This document shows positions 46,701 through 55,687 of a stretch of 64,000 nucleotides of DNA, one piece after another; within the stretch, counting starts at the first letter, position 1; each line of letters begins with the position of its first letter. The notes under the pieces were generated by a model. That model was not told the origin of the DNA and did no database searches. It saw only the letters and a list, made by a program, of their open reading frames with translations. This DNA is from a virus, in IMG/VR virus record IMGVR_UViG_3300024289_000019, positions 1 through 64,000 of that record, one strand, 5' to 3'. Position numbers and translations under genes: made by a program.

Positions 46701-49700
46701 GTTTTGCACACCTTCACGTACATTCGTACTACTCTTTAATGGATGGATACAATTCTCCAAAAGAGTTATTGGAGGCTGCAAAAAATGTAGGGCAAACGGC
46801 ATTAGCAATTACAGACCATGGAACCCTGTCTTCTCACAGAGAAATGCAAATTGCTGCAAAAGAATTAGGAATCAAACCAATACTTGGAGTAGAAGCATAC
46901 ATTTCTCCAACAGATAGGTTTGATAGATCTTCTGGAACAGATAAAAGCATACAGGCATATAACCATATTATTTTGTTAGCTAAAAATGACGTAGGCCTTA
47001 AAAATATAAATAGATTACAAGAAATTGCTTGGACTGAAGGATTTTATTCTAAGCCACGTATTGATAGAGAAATATTAAAAGAGTTTTCTAAAGATATTAT
47101 AATCCTTTCTGGATGCTTGAATGGTCTTATTTCAAAATGTATTGAAAAGAATGAATTTGCTGATGCCAAAATGATGGTCAAATGGTTTAAAACAAATTTT
47201 GGAGACAACTTTTTTATTGAAGTTCAGCCTGCTAATCCACCAGAAATTAATAAAAAGCTTTTAGAATTGGCTGATGAATTTAATGTCAGGCCAGTAGCAA
47301 CTGCCGATGCTCATTTTTCTAAAGAAGAAGAAAGGGCATTAGAAGAAGCAATGCTTATTCTTTCAACTTCTCCAAAAGTAAACAAGGATCTTGATTTTGA
47401 TAAATCTCGCAAGTTTGACAATATGTTCGATAGATTCAACTACCTTTGGCCAGATAGAAGAATCTCGTTTGAGCATTTAGACCTGTTTATTATGAGCAGA
47501 GAACAGATGTCTGAAAGATTTAATAAACAAGGAATTAGTAGAACCGATATTTATGACAACACCATGTATATTGCAGACATGGTTGAAGAATATACCTTTA
47601 AAGAGAATCTAGACCTTCTGCCAGTCCCAAAGACTAATGCTGATAAGAAGCTTAAGGAGATGGCTGAAGAGGGTCTTAAAAGGCTTGGAAGGGCTTCTGA
47701 TGGGGTCTACAGAGAGCGCCTAGAGGAAGAACTTGGGGTTATCAAGGATAAAAATTTTGCCTCCTACTTTCTTATTGTTTCAGACATGATCAATTGGGCC
47801 AAAGACAATGGCATAAGAGTTGGACCAGGTCGTGGCTCTGCAGCAGGATCTTTAGTTTGTTATACATTGGGAATTACAGATGTAGACCCAATTAAATATG
47901 ATCTACTGTTTTTCCGATTTATTAATCCAGAACGTAATGACTTTCCAGATATTGATACGGATTTTGAAGACCGCCGCAGAAAAGAAGTTAAAGATTATCT
48001 AAAAAAGAAGTTTAAACACGTAGCGTCTATTTCTACATTTACTTACTTTAAAGATAAAGGTGTAGTTCGTGATGCTGCTCGTGTATTTATGATTCCACTG
48101 CAAGAAGTTAATCGTGCATTAAAAACCGTAGACACGTTTGAAGATTATATGGAGTCTCCAAATACAAAAGAGTTTAGAATGAAATACCCAGAGGTCGGTT
48201 GGCTTGCTGAAAATTGGAGAGGCCGAATTAGAAGTACTGGTGTTCATGCCGCTGGAGTTGTTGTTGCTAAAGATGAATTAAGAAACTATGCACCAATTGA
48301 AACTCGTGAAGATCCAAAAGATAAGGTATCTGGAAGAATTCCAGTGGTTGGTTATGAAATGGAAACCGTTGCAGACATAGGTTTGATTAAGATGGATGCT
48401 CTTGGACTCAAGGCATTGTCTATTCTCTCAGACACTTTGTCATCAATTAAAGATAGATACGATAAAGACATTGTTCTTTCTGATTTAGACTTAGAAGATA
48501 AAAAGGTTTATGAAAGTTTAAACCAAGGCTACACCAAAGGCATATTTCAGGCTGAAGCAACTCCGTATACAAACCTTCTAATTAAAATGGGCATAGATAA
48601 GTTTGAGGATTTGGTAGCTTCAAATGCTTTGGTTAGACCTGGTGCAATGAATACTGTTGGAGCTTCCTATATTAACAGAAAAAACGGTAAAGAAGCAGTT
48701 GAATATACGCATCCAATACTAGAGCCTTTTACAAAAAATACCTACGGTGTTATTATATATCAAGAGCAAGTTATGCAGGCTTGCGTACATTTGGGAGGCA
48801 TGACTTGGTCTGAGGCTGATAAAGTTCGTAAGATCATTGGTAAGAAAAAAGATGCAAAAGAATTTGACCAATTCAAGGATAAGTTTGTTACTGGGGCTTC
48901 AAAACACATTTCTAAGAAACAGGCAGAGGAACTCTGGCATACTTTTGAGGCTCATGCTGGCTATTCCTTTAATCGTTCTCACGCTGTTGCTTATTCCATG
49001 GTATCTTATTACACTGCTTGGCTTAAGACTTACTATCCCCTTGAGTTTATGTTTGCGGTTCTTAAAAACGAAACTGATAAAGATGCTAGGACGGAATATT
49101 TAATTGAGTCTAAAAGATTAGGCTTAAAGGTATTGTTGCCACATATTAACGAATCGGAAGTTGATTTTTGTTTGCAAAAAGACTCTATGCGATTTGGACT
49201 AGCAGACATTAAATATATTTCAAATAATATTGCTAATAAGATTATAAAACATCGTCCATACATGAATTATGCAGATTTTACTCAAAAAGCTGCAATGAAG
49301 AACAGTGGAATTAATAGTCGTGCAATTTCAGCATTAAATTCAATTGGTGGCGCTGCATTTAAAGATAATGAGCGTAGAGGAAATGAACAAGAAAACTTTT
49401 ATGAATATCTAGGTATTCCTCAGTTTAATCTGCAAGATTTACCTCCAAGAATTAAAGCTCAAGCAAAACCAATAGAGGATTTTGATGACCTAGGTTCTTT
49501 TGTAATGTTTGGTATGGTTAAAAACATTAAGCGTGGCACTGGCTGGGCTAGAGTTGAACTAGTAGATGAAACTGGTTCTATTGGGTTATTTCATAACGAA
49601 CAAACGCAAATAGAGACTGGACAGATGTACTTTGTGCTTGTTGGAGACAATCGCATTGCTAGATACGTAAAGGTTTCAGAAATAAATAAAGAAAATGACG

Positions 49701-49969
49701 ACGTATTTGTTGACTATTTGTATAGAAAAGAGTACGAAGATTTAGATGAAGACAAGTATCTGGTATTAAATTTTACTCCATATAAGACAAAGGCTGGGAA
49801 AATGATGGCCCACATTGTTTTAACAAATAAAAATAAAGAGTTAAAAAGAGCTATTGTTTTCTCTACTATGTATAAAATTGCTTTGGCAAAAATGAGAGAG
49901 GGAATGGTATGCGACGTTGTTATCAATAAACTTGACGATGGAACACTAATGATAAAGGAAATAAAATGA
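46697..49969 (+). CDS. dnaE: DNA polymerase III alpha subunit
   Basis: HLHVHSYYS PHP domain, GPGRGSAAGS, PDIDTDF, HAAG, YSFNRSHA. Confidence 0.95.
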   Translation: MSFAHLHVHSYYSLMDGYNSPKELLEAAKNVGQTALAITDHGTLSSHREMQIAAKELGIKPILGVEAYISPTDRFDRSSGTDKSIQAYNHIILLAKNDVGLKNINRLQEIAWTEGFYSKPRIDREILKEFSKDIIILSGCLNGLISKCIEKNEFADAKMMVKWFKTNFGDNFFIEVQPANPPEINKKLLELADEFNVRPVATADAHFSKEEERALEEAMLILSTSPKVNKDLDFDKSRKFDNMFDRFNYLWPDRRISFEHLDLFIMSREQMSERFNKQGISRTDIYDNTMYIADMVEEYTFKENLDLLPVPKTNADKKLKEMAEEGLKRLGRASDGVYRERLEEELGVIKDKNFASYFLIVSDMINWAKDNGIRVGPGRGSAAGSLVCYTLGITDVDPIKYDLLFFRFINPERNDFPDIDTDFEDRRRKEVKDYLKKKFKHVASISTFTYFKDKGVVRDAARVFMIPLQEVNRALKTVDTFEDYMESPNTKEFRMKYPEVGWLAENWRGRIRSTGVHAAGVVVAKDELRNYAPIETREDPKDKVSGRIPVVGYEMETVADIGLIKMDALGLKALSILSDTLSSIKDRYDKDIVLSDLDLEDKKVYESLNQGYTKGIFQAEATPYTNLLIKMGIDKFEDLVASNALVRPGAMNTVGASYINRKNGKEAVEYTHPILEPFTKNTYGVIIYQEQVMQACVHLGGMTWSEADKVRKIIGKKKDAKEFDQFKDKFVTGASKHISKKQAEELWHTFEAHAGYSFNRSHAVAYSMVSYYTAWLKTYYPLEFMFAVLKNETDKDARTEYLIESKRLGLKVLLPHINESEVDFCLQKDSMRFGLADIKYISNNIANKIIKHRPYMNYADFTQKAAMKNSGINSRAISALNSIGGAAFKDNERRGNEQENFYEYLGIPQFNLQDLPPRIKAQAKPIEDFDDLGSFVMFGMVKNIKRGTGWARVELVDETGSIGLFHNEQTQIETGQMYFVLVGDNRIARYVKVSEINKENDDVFVDYLYRKEYEDLDEDKYLVLNFTPYKTKAGKMMAHIVLTNKNKELKRAIVFSTMYKIALAKMREGMVCDVVINKLDDGTLMIKEIK

Positions 49970-50214
49970 TAGAAGTTATATTAACAGAGGATGAGGCAAA
50001 AGATCTAGAAGATACACTGATTCATCACATGGAGCAGTGCTATAACACTCTTTATGATTTAGAAGGAGTAGAAGAAAATTTTGAGCCGTATAATCCCTTT
50101 GACGGTTGCTCAAATTGTGAAACAAGAGAATTTTTGATGAAAACTGTAGAATGGTTTAGAAATAACAAAGACCTAGCAATTTGGGTCGGAGAAAAGGAAA
50201 TAAAGCATGACTGA
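49966..50214 (+). CDS. hypothetical protein
   Basis: ATGA-coupled; CSNC motif. Confidence 0.55.
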   Translation: MIEVILTEDEAKDLEDTLIHHMEQCYNTLYDLEGVEENFEPYNPFDGCSNCETREFLMKTVEWFRNNKDLAIWVGEKEIKHD

Positions 50215-50407
50215 AACAACAGAAATGTCGCAAGAGATAAACGTAACTAGCCTTCTCGTGGCTATATTAAAAACACTTAAGTCTGTAGAAGTTTCTTCAG
50301 AACTGATTTTAAATCCAGCAAATGAAGATACTGGCTTAATGGTTACATACAATGAAGAAAATAGAACTTTTATTATATCGCTAGGAGAGATAAATGGGAG
50401 TAATTAA
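50207..50407 (+). CDS. hypothetical protein
   Basis: overlapping ORF with an AAGGA RBS. Confidence 0.55.
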   Translation: MTETTEMSQEINVTSLLVAILKTLKSVEVSSELILNPANEDTGLMVTYNEENRTFIISLGEINGSN

Positions 50408-50798
50408 GACAGATAATTTTAGAACACCACCAAATACAGAAAAAACTACTCAAACTGCATCAAGTGTGCTTTTAGATTATGGTTTAGATGCATTATCTGC
50501 AATTTTGCATGAATCTGCAGTAGAAAAAGGTTTTTGGGATGGAGAATATGATTATGATAAGTTTGGAAATAAATTAGCATTAATTCATTCAGAAGTAACA
50601 GAAATGCTTGAGGCTATCAGAAAACAAAAGGGTAGCCGTGAAATTACTGAAGAAGCAGCCGATATTCTAATTAGACTTTTAGATCTATATGCGGCTCTAA
50701 GAAATGCTGGATTAATTGAAGATTCACTAGACGATATATTAGACTATAAAGTTGATAAAAATAGAGGTCGTCCAAGACTTCACGGCAATTTATTTTAA
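50394..50798 (+). CDS. MazG-like NTP pyrophosphohydrolase
   Basis: KLALIHSEVTEMLEA.RK...EEAADILIR.LD. Confidence 0.8.
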   Translation: MGVIKTDNFRTPPNTEKTTQTASSVLLDYGLDALSAILHESAVEKGFWDGEYDYDKFGNKLALIHSEVTEMLEAIRKQKGSREITEEAADILIRLLDLYAALRNAGLIEDSLDDILDYKVDKNRGRPRLHGNLF

Positions 50799-50831
50799 TG
50801 CTATACTATGTAAACAAAAGAAGGAAAATCA

Positions 50832-51830
50832 ATGGATATAGAAGAAATTTTAGCGGGACTGGATCCCAAAACTCGTAAAAGAGTTCAAATAGCAGTAGAA
50901 GTAGAAAATCATAAACAAAAAACTCCTAGCATAGGCCTATCGCTTGCGCTTAAAGGTGGATTTGGTTATGGCAGACAAGTCCTTGTATGGGGAAATAAAT
51001 CTGCAGGAAAGTCTTCATTTTGTTTACAAATGATTGGTATGGCACAAAAAGAAGGAAAAACTTGTGCATGGATTGATTCTGAAGAGTCTTATGACCCACA
51101 GTGGGCAGAAAAACTAGGAGTTGATTCATCAAAGCTTATATATTCTACAGCTAAATCTGTAAACGATATGGTAGATGTTGCTACTCAATTAATGAATGCT
51201 AATGTGGATGTTATAGTAGTAGACTCAATATCAGCGTTGCTACCAGCCATTTACTTTGAAAAAGATAGCGATGAATTGAAAAAGCTTGAAGATACTAAGC
51301 AAATTGGTGCTGAGGCAAAAGACATGACTCATGCAGTCAAAATGCTTAATTACGCAAATAAAAACACGCTGCTTGTTCTTATATCACAACAGCGTAATCA
51401 ATTTGGAAGTATGCATGCTTCACACATTCCAACTGGTGGAATGGCAGTCAAGTTCTTTTCTTCAACAGTTGTAAAGCTTTGGTCTTCTGAAGCTGAGGCT
51501 AATGCTATCAAGTCTGGGGTTAAGGTTGGAGATAAAATTATTGAGCAAAGAGTAGGCAGACCAGTTAATTGGATTATTGACTATAATAAACAAGGTCCTC
51601 CAAATCTTTCTGGTCAATACGATTTTTACTTCCAGGGAGACGTACTTGGTATAGATCAAGTTGGAGAAACTTTAGACGTTGCAGAAATGTATGGCATCAT
51701 AGAAAAAGGCGGAGCATGGTATACAATTGGAAAAGAACGTTTTCAAGGTAGAGCAAAAGCAGTCGAATATTTAAAGTCTAATCCAGATGTAGTTTCTGAG
51801 TTACAGGAGAAAATATATGCCAGATCTTAA
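50832..51830 (+). CDS. recA: RecA/UvsX-like recombinase
   Basis: GNKSAGKS, WIDSE, VVDSISAL, TGG.AVKF, IEKGGAWY. Confidence 0.92.
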   Translation: MDIEEILAGLDPKTRKRVQIAVEVENHKQKTPSIGLSLALKGGFGYGRQVLVWGNKSAGKSSFCLQMIGMAQKEGKTCAWIDSEESYDPQWAEKLGVDSSKLIYSTAKSVNDMVDVATQLMNANVDVIVVDSISALLPAIYFEKDSDELKKLEDTKQIGAEAKDMTHAVKMLNYANKNTLLVLISQQRNQFGSMHASHIPTGGMAVKFFSSTVVKLWSSEAEANAIKSGVKVGDKIIEQRVGRPVNWIIDYNKQGPPNLSGQYDFYFQGDVLGIDQVGETLDVAEMYGIIEKGGAWYTIGKERFQGRAKAVEYLKSNPDVVSELQEKIYARS

Positions 51831-52020
51831 TGATTTTTTAAATAATCAAAAAGAAGAAGTTGTTGAAAATTACATTGATTCTGATATTCCAACTATGGGT
51901 GGTTCTTTTATGTGCCAAGAGTGTGGAACTGAGGTTAATAATGCATTCTTTAGACACAAGGAGGAAAGACTTACTTGGACATGTCCAATTGGTCATGTTT
52001 CATCAGTCCCATTTAAATAA
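51817..52020 (+). CDS. zinc-ribbon protein
   Basis: CQEC...C..GH. Confidence 0.55.
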   Translation: MPDLNDFLNNQKEEVVENYIDSDIPTMGGSFMCQECGTEVNNAFFRHKEERLTWTCPIGHVSSVPFK

Positions 52021-52328
52021 TGTCGGAAATATCGGAAGCAAAAAGAGACGGCGCAAGACAACATAAAAACAGCGGACGTGGTAATTATCAGAAGGGTGAC
52101 GCTACGTGGAAAGATTTCGTGGTGGATTATAAAGAGTACGAAAAATCAATCTCTATTTCGCAAGATATCTGGGCTAAGATTTGTACAGACACTTTTAAAG
52201 TTAGTAGGGATAAATATCCAGTACTTAAACTCATCCTTGGCGGAGCTAGTAGCAAAACAAGGTTGGCGGTAATAGAATGGTCTTTGTTAGAACAATTAGT
52301 AGAAGAATGGGAGAAACGAAATGTCTAG
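52020..52328 (+). CDS. Holliday junction resolvase-like PD-(D/E)XK nuclease
   Basis: E......GA..HKNSG....KGD....VDYKE. Confidence 0.65.
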   Translation: MSEISEAKRDGARQHKNSGRGNYQKGDATWKDFVVDYKEYEKSISISQDIWAKICTDTFKVSRDKYPVLKLILGGASSKTRLAVIEWSLLEQLVEEWEKRNV

Positions 52329-52461
52329 CGGACAATATAAACCACATTATGGATTTAATAGTGTTCAAATTAAAAATGGAAGAATTGTAAGAATGAGAAA
52401 AGATGGAACAATCAAGGCGGATCTTGGTCCATATCCTAAAGAGAAAAGAGATAAAAAGTGA
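52321..52461 (+). CDS. small basic protein (46 aa, not in ORF track)
   Basis: MSSGQYKPHYGFNSVQIKNGRIVRMRKDGTIKADLGPYPKEKRDKK*; GGAGA RBS. Confidence 0.55.
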   Translation: MSSGQYKPHYGFNSVQIKNGRIVRMRKDGTIKADLGPYPKEKRDKK

Positions 52462-52616
52462 GAGATGTTTTGTTGACCACTCTTGTTGGAGCAGTTGTTG
52501 GCGCAGTATTCAGTGCATTTAAATTGCCAATTCCTGCCCCGCCAGTATTTGCAGGACTAATGGGAATTGTTGGTTTGTGGATTGGATACGCTTTAATTAC
52601 TAAGGTATTGGCATGA
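52458..52616 (+). CDS. XapX-domain (DUF1427-like) small membrane protein (52 aa, not in ORF track)
   Basis: GAVVGAVFSAFKLPIPAPPVFAGLMGIVGLWIGY; GTGA overlap with the previous gene. Confidence 0.75.
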   Translation: MRDVLLTTLVGAVVGAVFSAFKLPIPAPPVFAGLMGIVGLWIGYALITKVLA

Positions 52617-52717
52617 TTCAATTTTTGTTTGGCGTAATGCTTGGGTTTATTGTAGGATACCCCATGGGACTTTGGGCAATAGGATATACAAGGAGATTTA
52701 ATGAGCGACAAAAGTAG
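52613..52717 (+). CDS. small single-TM protein (34 aa, not in ORF track)
   Basis: MIQFLFGVMLGFIVGYPMGLWAIGYTRRFNERQK*; ATGA overlap. Confidence 0.5.
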   Translation: MIQFLFGVMLGFIVGYPMGLWAIGYTRRFNERQK

Positions 52718-53036
52718 TCTGGAATTAATTAGTGATATAACAGAGTTTAACGATCTTCATGACTTTATGAAGGACGAACAACTTGATAGGGCCATGGCAG
52801 TAATAATTAATATTATTGCTAAGCCAGATATTCCTGCAGCAAAAGCACATTTATTGATTGTTGAGTTGCAGGGTATCTCTGCAAAATTCGGTGTTCTTGC
52901 AGCATACTACACAACAATAGCTAAAGACAAAGCTGGCACTATCAACAATAATAAAAAAAATATTTATTATTCAGTAAAGGAGTCGATAGACAAACTTGTA
53001 GACGCTCTCAAGTATGTTGTTCGTTATAATGGCTAG
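52701..53036 (+). CDS. hypothetical protein
   Basis: 111 aa; AAGGAG RBS. Confidence 0.65.
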   Translation: MSDKSSLELISDITEFNDLHDFMKDEQLDRAMAVIINIIAKPDIPAAKAHLLIVELQGISAKFGVLAAYYTTIAKDKAGTINNNKKNIYYSVKESIDKLVDALKYVVRYNG

Positions 53037-53823
53037 AGAAATAGTTAAAAATCTTAAATTTAAAAAATATGAAGGAAGCTTTGACGTTCAAGAGTTTTCC
53101 AGTCTTTTAGACGAGGCGTACCTTTCTACTAAACGACCAGATGGAGAGATGACAAAAAAATCTTTTAGCCCAAGCTCATTTGGTTATGGTCAAGGGAACT
53201 GTCCTAGGTATTGGTATATGGCTTTTAGTGGGGCTTATTTTATAGACAATAATGATGCTCAAGCCGTTGCAAATATGTCTCAAGGAACTCAAGCACACGA
53301 AAGATTGCAAAAATTAATATCTAGTCAATCTAGCGATTTATTTAAATCTACTAAAATAAACTCAGTTAGTACTGAAATTGAGATTACTAACGAGTATCCA
53401 CCAATTAGAGGTTTTATAGATCTATCAATTGATTGGGATGGCACACCAGTATTGGGAGAAATTAAAACAGCAAAACAAGAAGTCTGGGATACTAGACAGG
53501 CAGAAATGTCAGCATCATCCAATCACATTTTACAACTCCTTACATATATGAAATTAAAAAATGTTAAAGAGGGCTTCTTCTTGTATGAAAATAAAAATAC
53601 GCAAGAGATTCTTATAATTCCAATTTATATGACACCAAAAAATGAAAAATTAATTGATGATTTATTTAATTGGCTATGCAAAGTTTATGACAATTTTAAA
53701 GCAGGATTACTCCCAGAAAGACCTTTTCAAAAGACATCCTATGCTTGCAAAAACTGCCCTATTAGAAAAGAATGCTGGAAAGGCAAAGACGGAGATGTTG
53801 TGATAGAGGCATATCAAACATGA
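53029..53823 (+). CDS. Cas4-like Fe-S PD-(D/E)XK exonuclease
   Basis: SPS..G..CPR, GT..H, GFID, EIKT, QL..Y, CKNCP...C. Confidence 0.8.
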   Translation: MAREIVKNLKFKKYEGSFDVQEFSSLLDEAYLSTKRPDGEMTKKSFSPSSFGYGQGNCPRYWYMAFSGAYFIDNNDAQAVANMSQGTQAHERLQKLISSQSSDLFKSTKINSVSTEIEITNEYPPIRGFIDLSIDWDGTPVLGEIKTAKQEVWDTRQAEMSASSNHILQLLTYMKLKNVKEGFFLYENKNTQEILIIPIYMTPKNEKLIDDLFNWLCKVYDNFKAGLLPERPFQKTSYACKNCPIRKECWKGKDGDVVIEAYQT

Positions 53824-54095
53824 TATGTTCAAATAAAGATTGCAAAAAAGAGTTCGAGAAGAAAACTCATAATCAAAAATATTGCTCTGATGAATGTTGT
53901 AGGGTTGCTACTAATAAACGAATCATGGAAAAATATTATGAGAAAAAAGCAATCCGAAATGGTGCTGTAAGGCTATGTAAATGTGGCAATAGGCTTAGTA
54001 GATATACAGAAAAAACAGTATGTGTCATGTGTGTTGCTAAAAGTAAAAAAGAAACCAGGAAAAAATTAAAGGAAATGATTGATGGGATTAGCTGA
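53820..54095 (+). CDS. Cys-rich zinc-finger protein
   Basis: CSNKDC...YCSDEC...CKCG...CVMC. Confidence 0.65.
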   Translation: MICSNKDCKKEFEKKTHNQKYCSDECCRVATNKRIMEKYYEKKAIRNGAVRLCKCGNRLSRYTEKTVCVMCVAKSKKETRKKLKEMIDGIS

Positions 54096-54648
54096 TCTAG
54101 TAAAAACAAAAGCTCATAGAGTTTTAGGTATAGATGCCTCAACAAACTCTGTGGCTTTCTGTTTAATGGAAAATGATATTCCAATTAAGTGGGGAAAAAT
54201 TGAATTTACTGGATCAGATATATATGAAAAAATATATGACGCAAAAATTAAAACCCATGCAATGCTTAATGAATTAAAGGCAGATTATATTGTTGTAGAG
54301 GGGGCAGTGTTTGTCAAATCCCCAGATGCTGTGATAAAATTGTCCTATGTATATGGTGTCATCATTGCTGAGCTTATGTCTACTGGGGCTAGTGTTATTA
54401 CTATATCTCCTACATCTTGGCAGGCTTATATTGGAAATAAAAACCCAACAAAGCTGGAGAAAGACAAACTTAGGTTTGAAAATCCAGGACATGCTGACTC
54501 TTGGTACAAAGCAAAAATGCGGGAGATCAGAAAGCAAAGGACTGTAGATTATTTTAATAAAAAGTATAACTTACAGTTAGACGATTTTGACGTAGCAGAT
54601 GCATTCGGCATCGCTCATTATTCGAATACGGTGTTAACACAAAGATGA
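54082..54648 (+). CDS. ruvC: RuvC-like Holliday junction resolvase
   Basis: VLGIDAS, IVVEG, DVADAFGIA. Confidence 0.8.
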   Translation: MGLADLVKTKAHRVLGIDASTNSVAFCLMENDIPIKWGKIEFTGSDIYEKIYDAKIKTHAMLNELKADYIVVEGAVFVKSPDAVIKLSYVYGVIIAELMSTGASVITISPTSWQAYIGNKNPTKLEKDKLRFENPGHADSWYKAKMREIRKQRTVDYFNKKYNLQLDDFDVADAFGIAHYSNTVLTQR

Positions 54649-54791
54649 AATTGTATCAAAGCCAGACATGGTTATATAGAAGATATGTAGTTCAGAAAAA
54701 AACTGTTACGGAAATTGCTGATGAGTGTAAAGTTTCAGCAATGACTATACAGAGATATTTAGAAAAATTTGGAATGATAAAGAGGAGATAG
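54645..54791 (+). CDS. small HTH protein (48 aa, not in ORF track)
   Basis: MKLYQSQTWLYRRYVVQKKTVTEIADECKVSAMTIQRYLEKFGMIKRR*; ATGA overlap. Confidence 0.65.
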   Translation: MKLYQSQTWLYRRYVVQKKTVTEIADECKVSAMTIQRYLEKFGMIKRR

Positions 54792-54792
54792 T

Positions 54793-55116
54793 ATGCTAGA
54801 GCCAGTATTTGCAGACATGAAGGAATTTAAGTGTGACGACCTTTATTTATTAACTGTTGGAACGGAAGCGGGTAGAGAAATTTATAATGCTTGCCACGAA
54901 ATTGCTCACATGCTAATTAAAAAGAACATTGCTTATGGCAACTCCGCCCTTGACCCAGTTAGAGTATTTTCAAAAGCGGGGCCACGAGAGCAGTTATATG
55001 TTCGTATTGATGATAAATTAAATAGGTTAATGAAGGGTACAGAATACCCAGGCGACAACGATATTGATGATTTGATTGGATATCTAATTCTGCTAAAAAT
55101 AGCTAAATCGATTTGA
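54793..55116 (+). CDS. nucleotide-modification-associated (Nmad1/DUF1599-like) all-alpha protein
   Basis: KKNIAYGNS, VRIDDKLNR, DDLIGYLIL. Confidence 0.65.
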   Translation: MLEPVFADMKEFKCDDLYLLTVGTEAGREIYNACHEIAHMLIKKNIAYGNSALDPVRVFSKAGPREQLYVRIDDKLNRLMKGTEYPGDNDIDDLIGYLILLKIAKSI

Positions 55117-55141
55117 TTTTTTAGTCGACTAAGATTATAAT
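55113..55141 (+). promoter_or_regulatory. promoter of the terminase operon
   Basis: TTGATT-17-TATAAT with palindrome TTAGTCGACTAA in the spacer. Confidence 0.55.
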
Positions 55142-55147
55142 ATTAAT

Positions 55148-55687
55148 ATGGAAATAGAATTAGCAGACCATTTTGATAAAATGAACAAGGTGGTTTCAGA
55201 ACTACTAAAGGGTAATAACCCAACTCAAATTGCTACAATAACTGGATACAAAAGAGCAGAAGTACTGGACTTAATAGACGAATGGAAGAGCGTTGTCCAT
55301 AACGACTCAAGCGCAAGAGAACGTGCTAAAGAGGCTGTCTCTGGTGCTGATCAACATTATGCAATGCTTATTAAAGAGGCATGGAGCACTGTAGAGGCTG
55401 CCGATGCTCAAGGTCAACTTAATGTTAAGGCTAATACATTAAAGCTAATTGCTGATATTGAAACAAAAAGAATTGGCATGCTTCAGCAGGTAGGGCTATT
55501 AGACAATGCAGAGTTGGCAAATCAAATTGCAGAAACTGAAAAGAAACAAGAAATTCTTGTAGGCATATTAAAAGAAGTTACTGCTGGTTGTCCAAAATGT
55601 AAACTAGATGTTGCAAAAAGATTGTCGCAGATTACTGGAGTGGTAGAACCAGTTGTAATTGATACAGAGGAAGCAAGTGGATCTTAA
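55148..55687 (+). CDS. probable terminase small subunit (N-terminal HTH)
   Basis: LLKGNNPTQIATITG HTH; overlaps the large terminase gene. Confidence 0.55.
   Translation: MEIELADHFDKMNKVVSELLKGNNPTQIATITGYKRAEVLDLIDEWKSVVHNDSSARERAKEAVSGADQHYAMLIKEAWSTVEAADAQGQLNVKANTLKLIADIETKRIGMLQQVGLLDNAELANQIAETEKKQEILVGILKEVTAGCPKCKLDVAKRLSQITGVVEPVVIDTEEASGS

Noticed and set aside
52436-52711. 91-aa minus-strand ORF filling the gap after the resolvase
   Set aside because: The gap is better explained by three coupled plus-strand micro-ORFs, one with an XapX signature
53029-53823. CRISPR-Cas system suggested by the Cas4-like gene
   Set aside because: No repeat-spacer array or other cas genes seen
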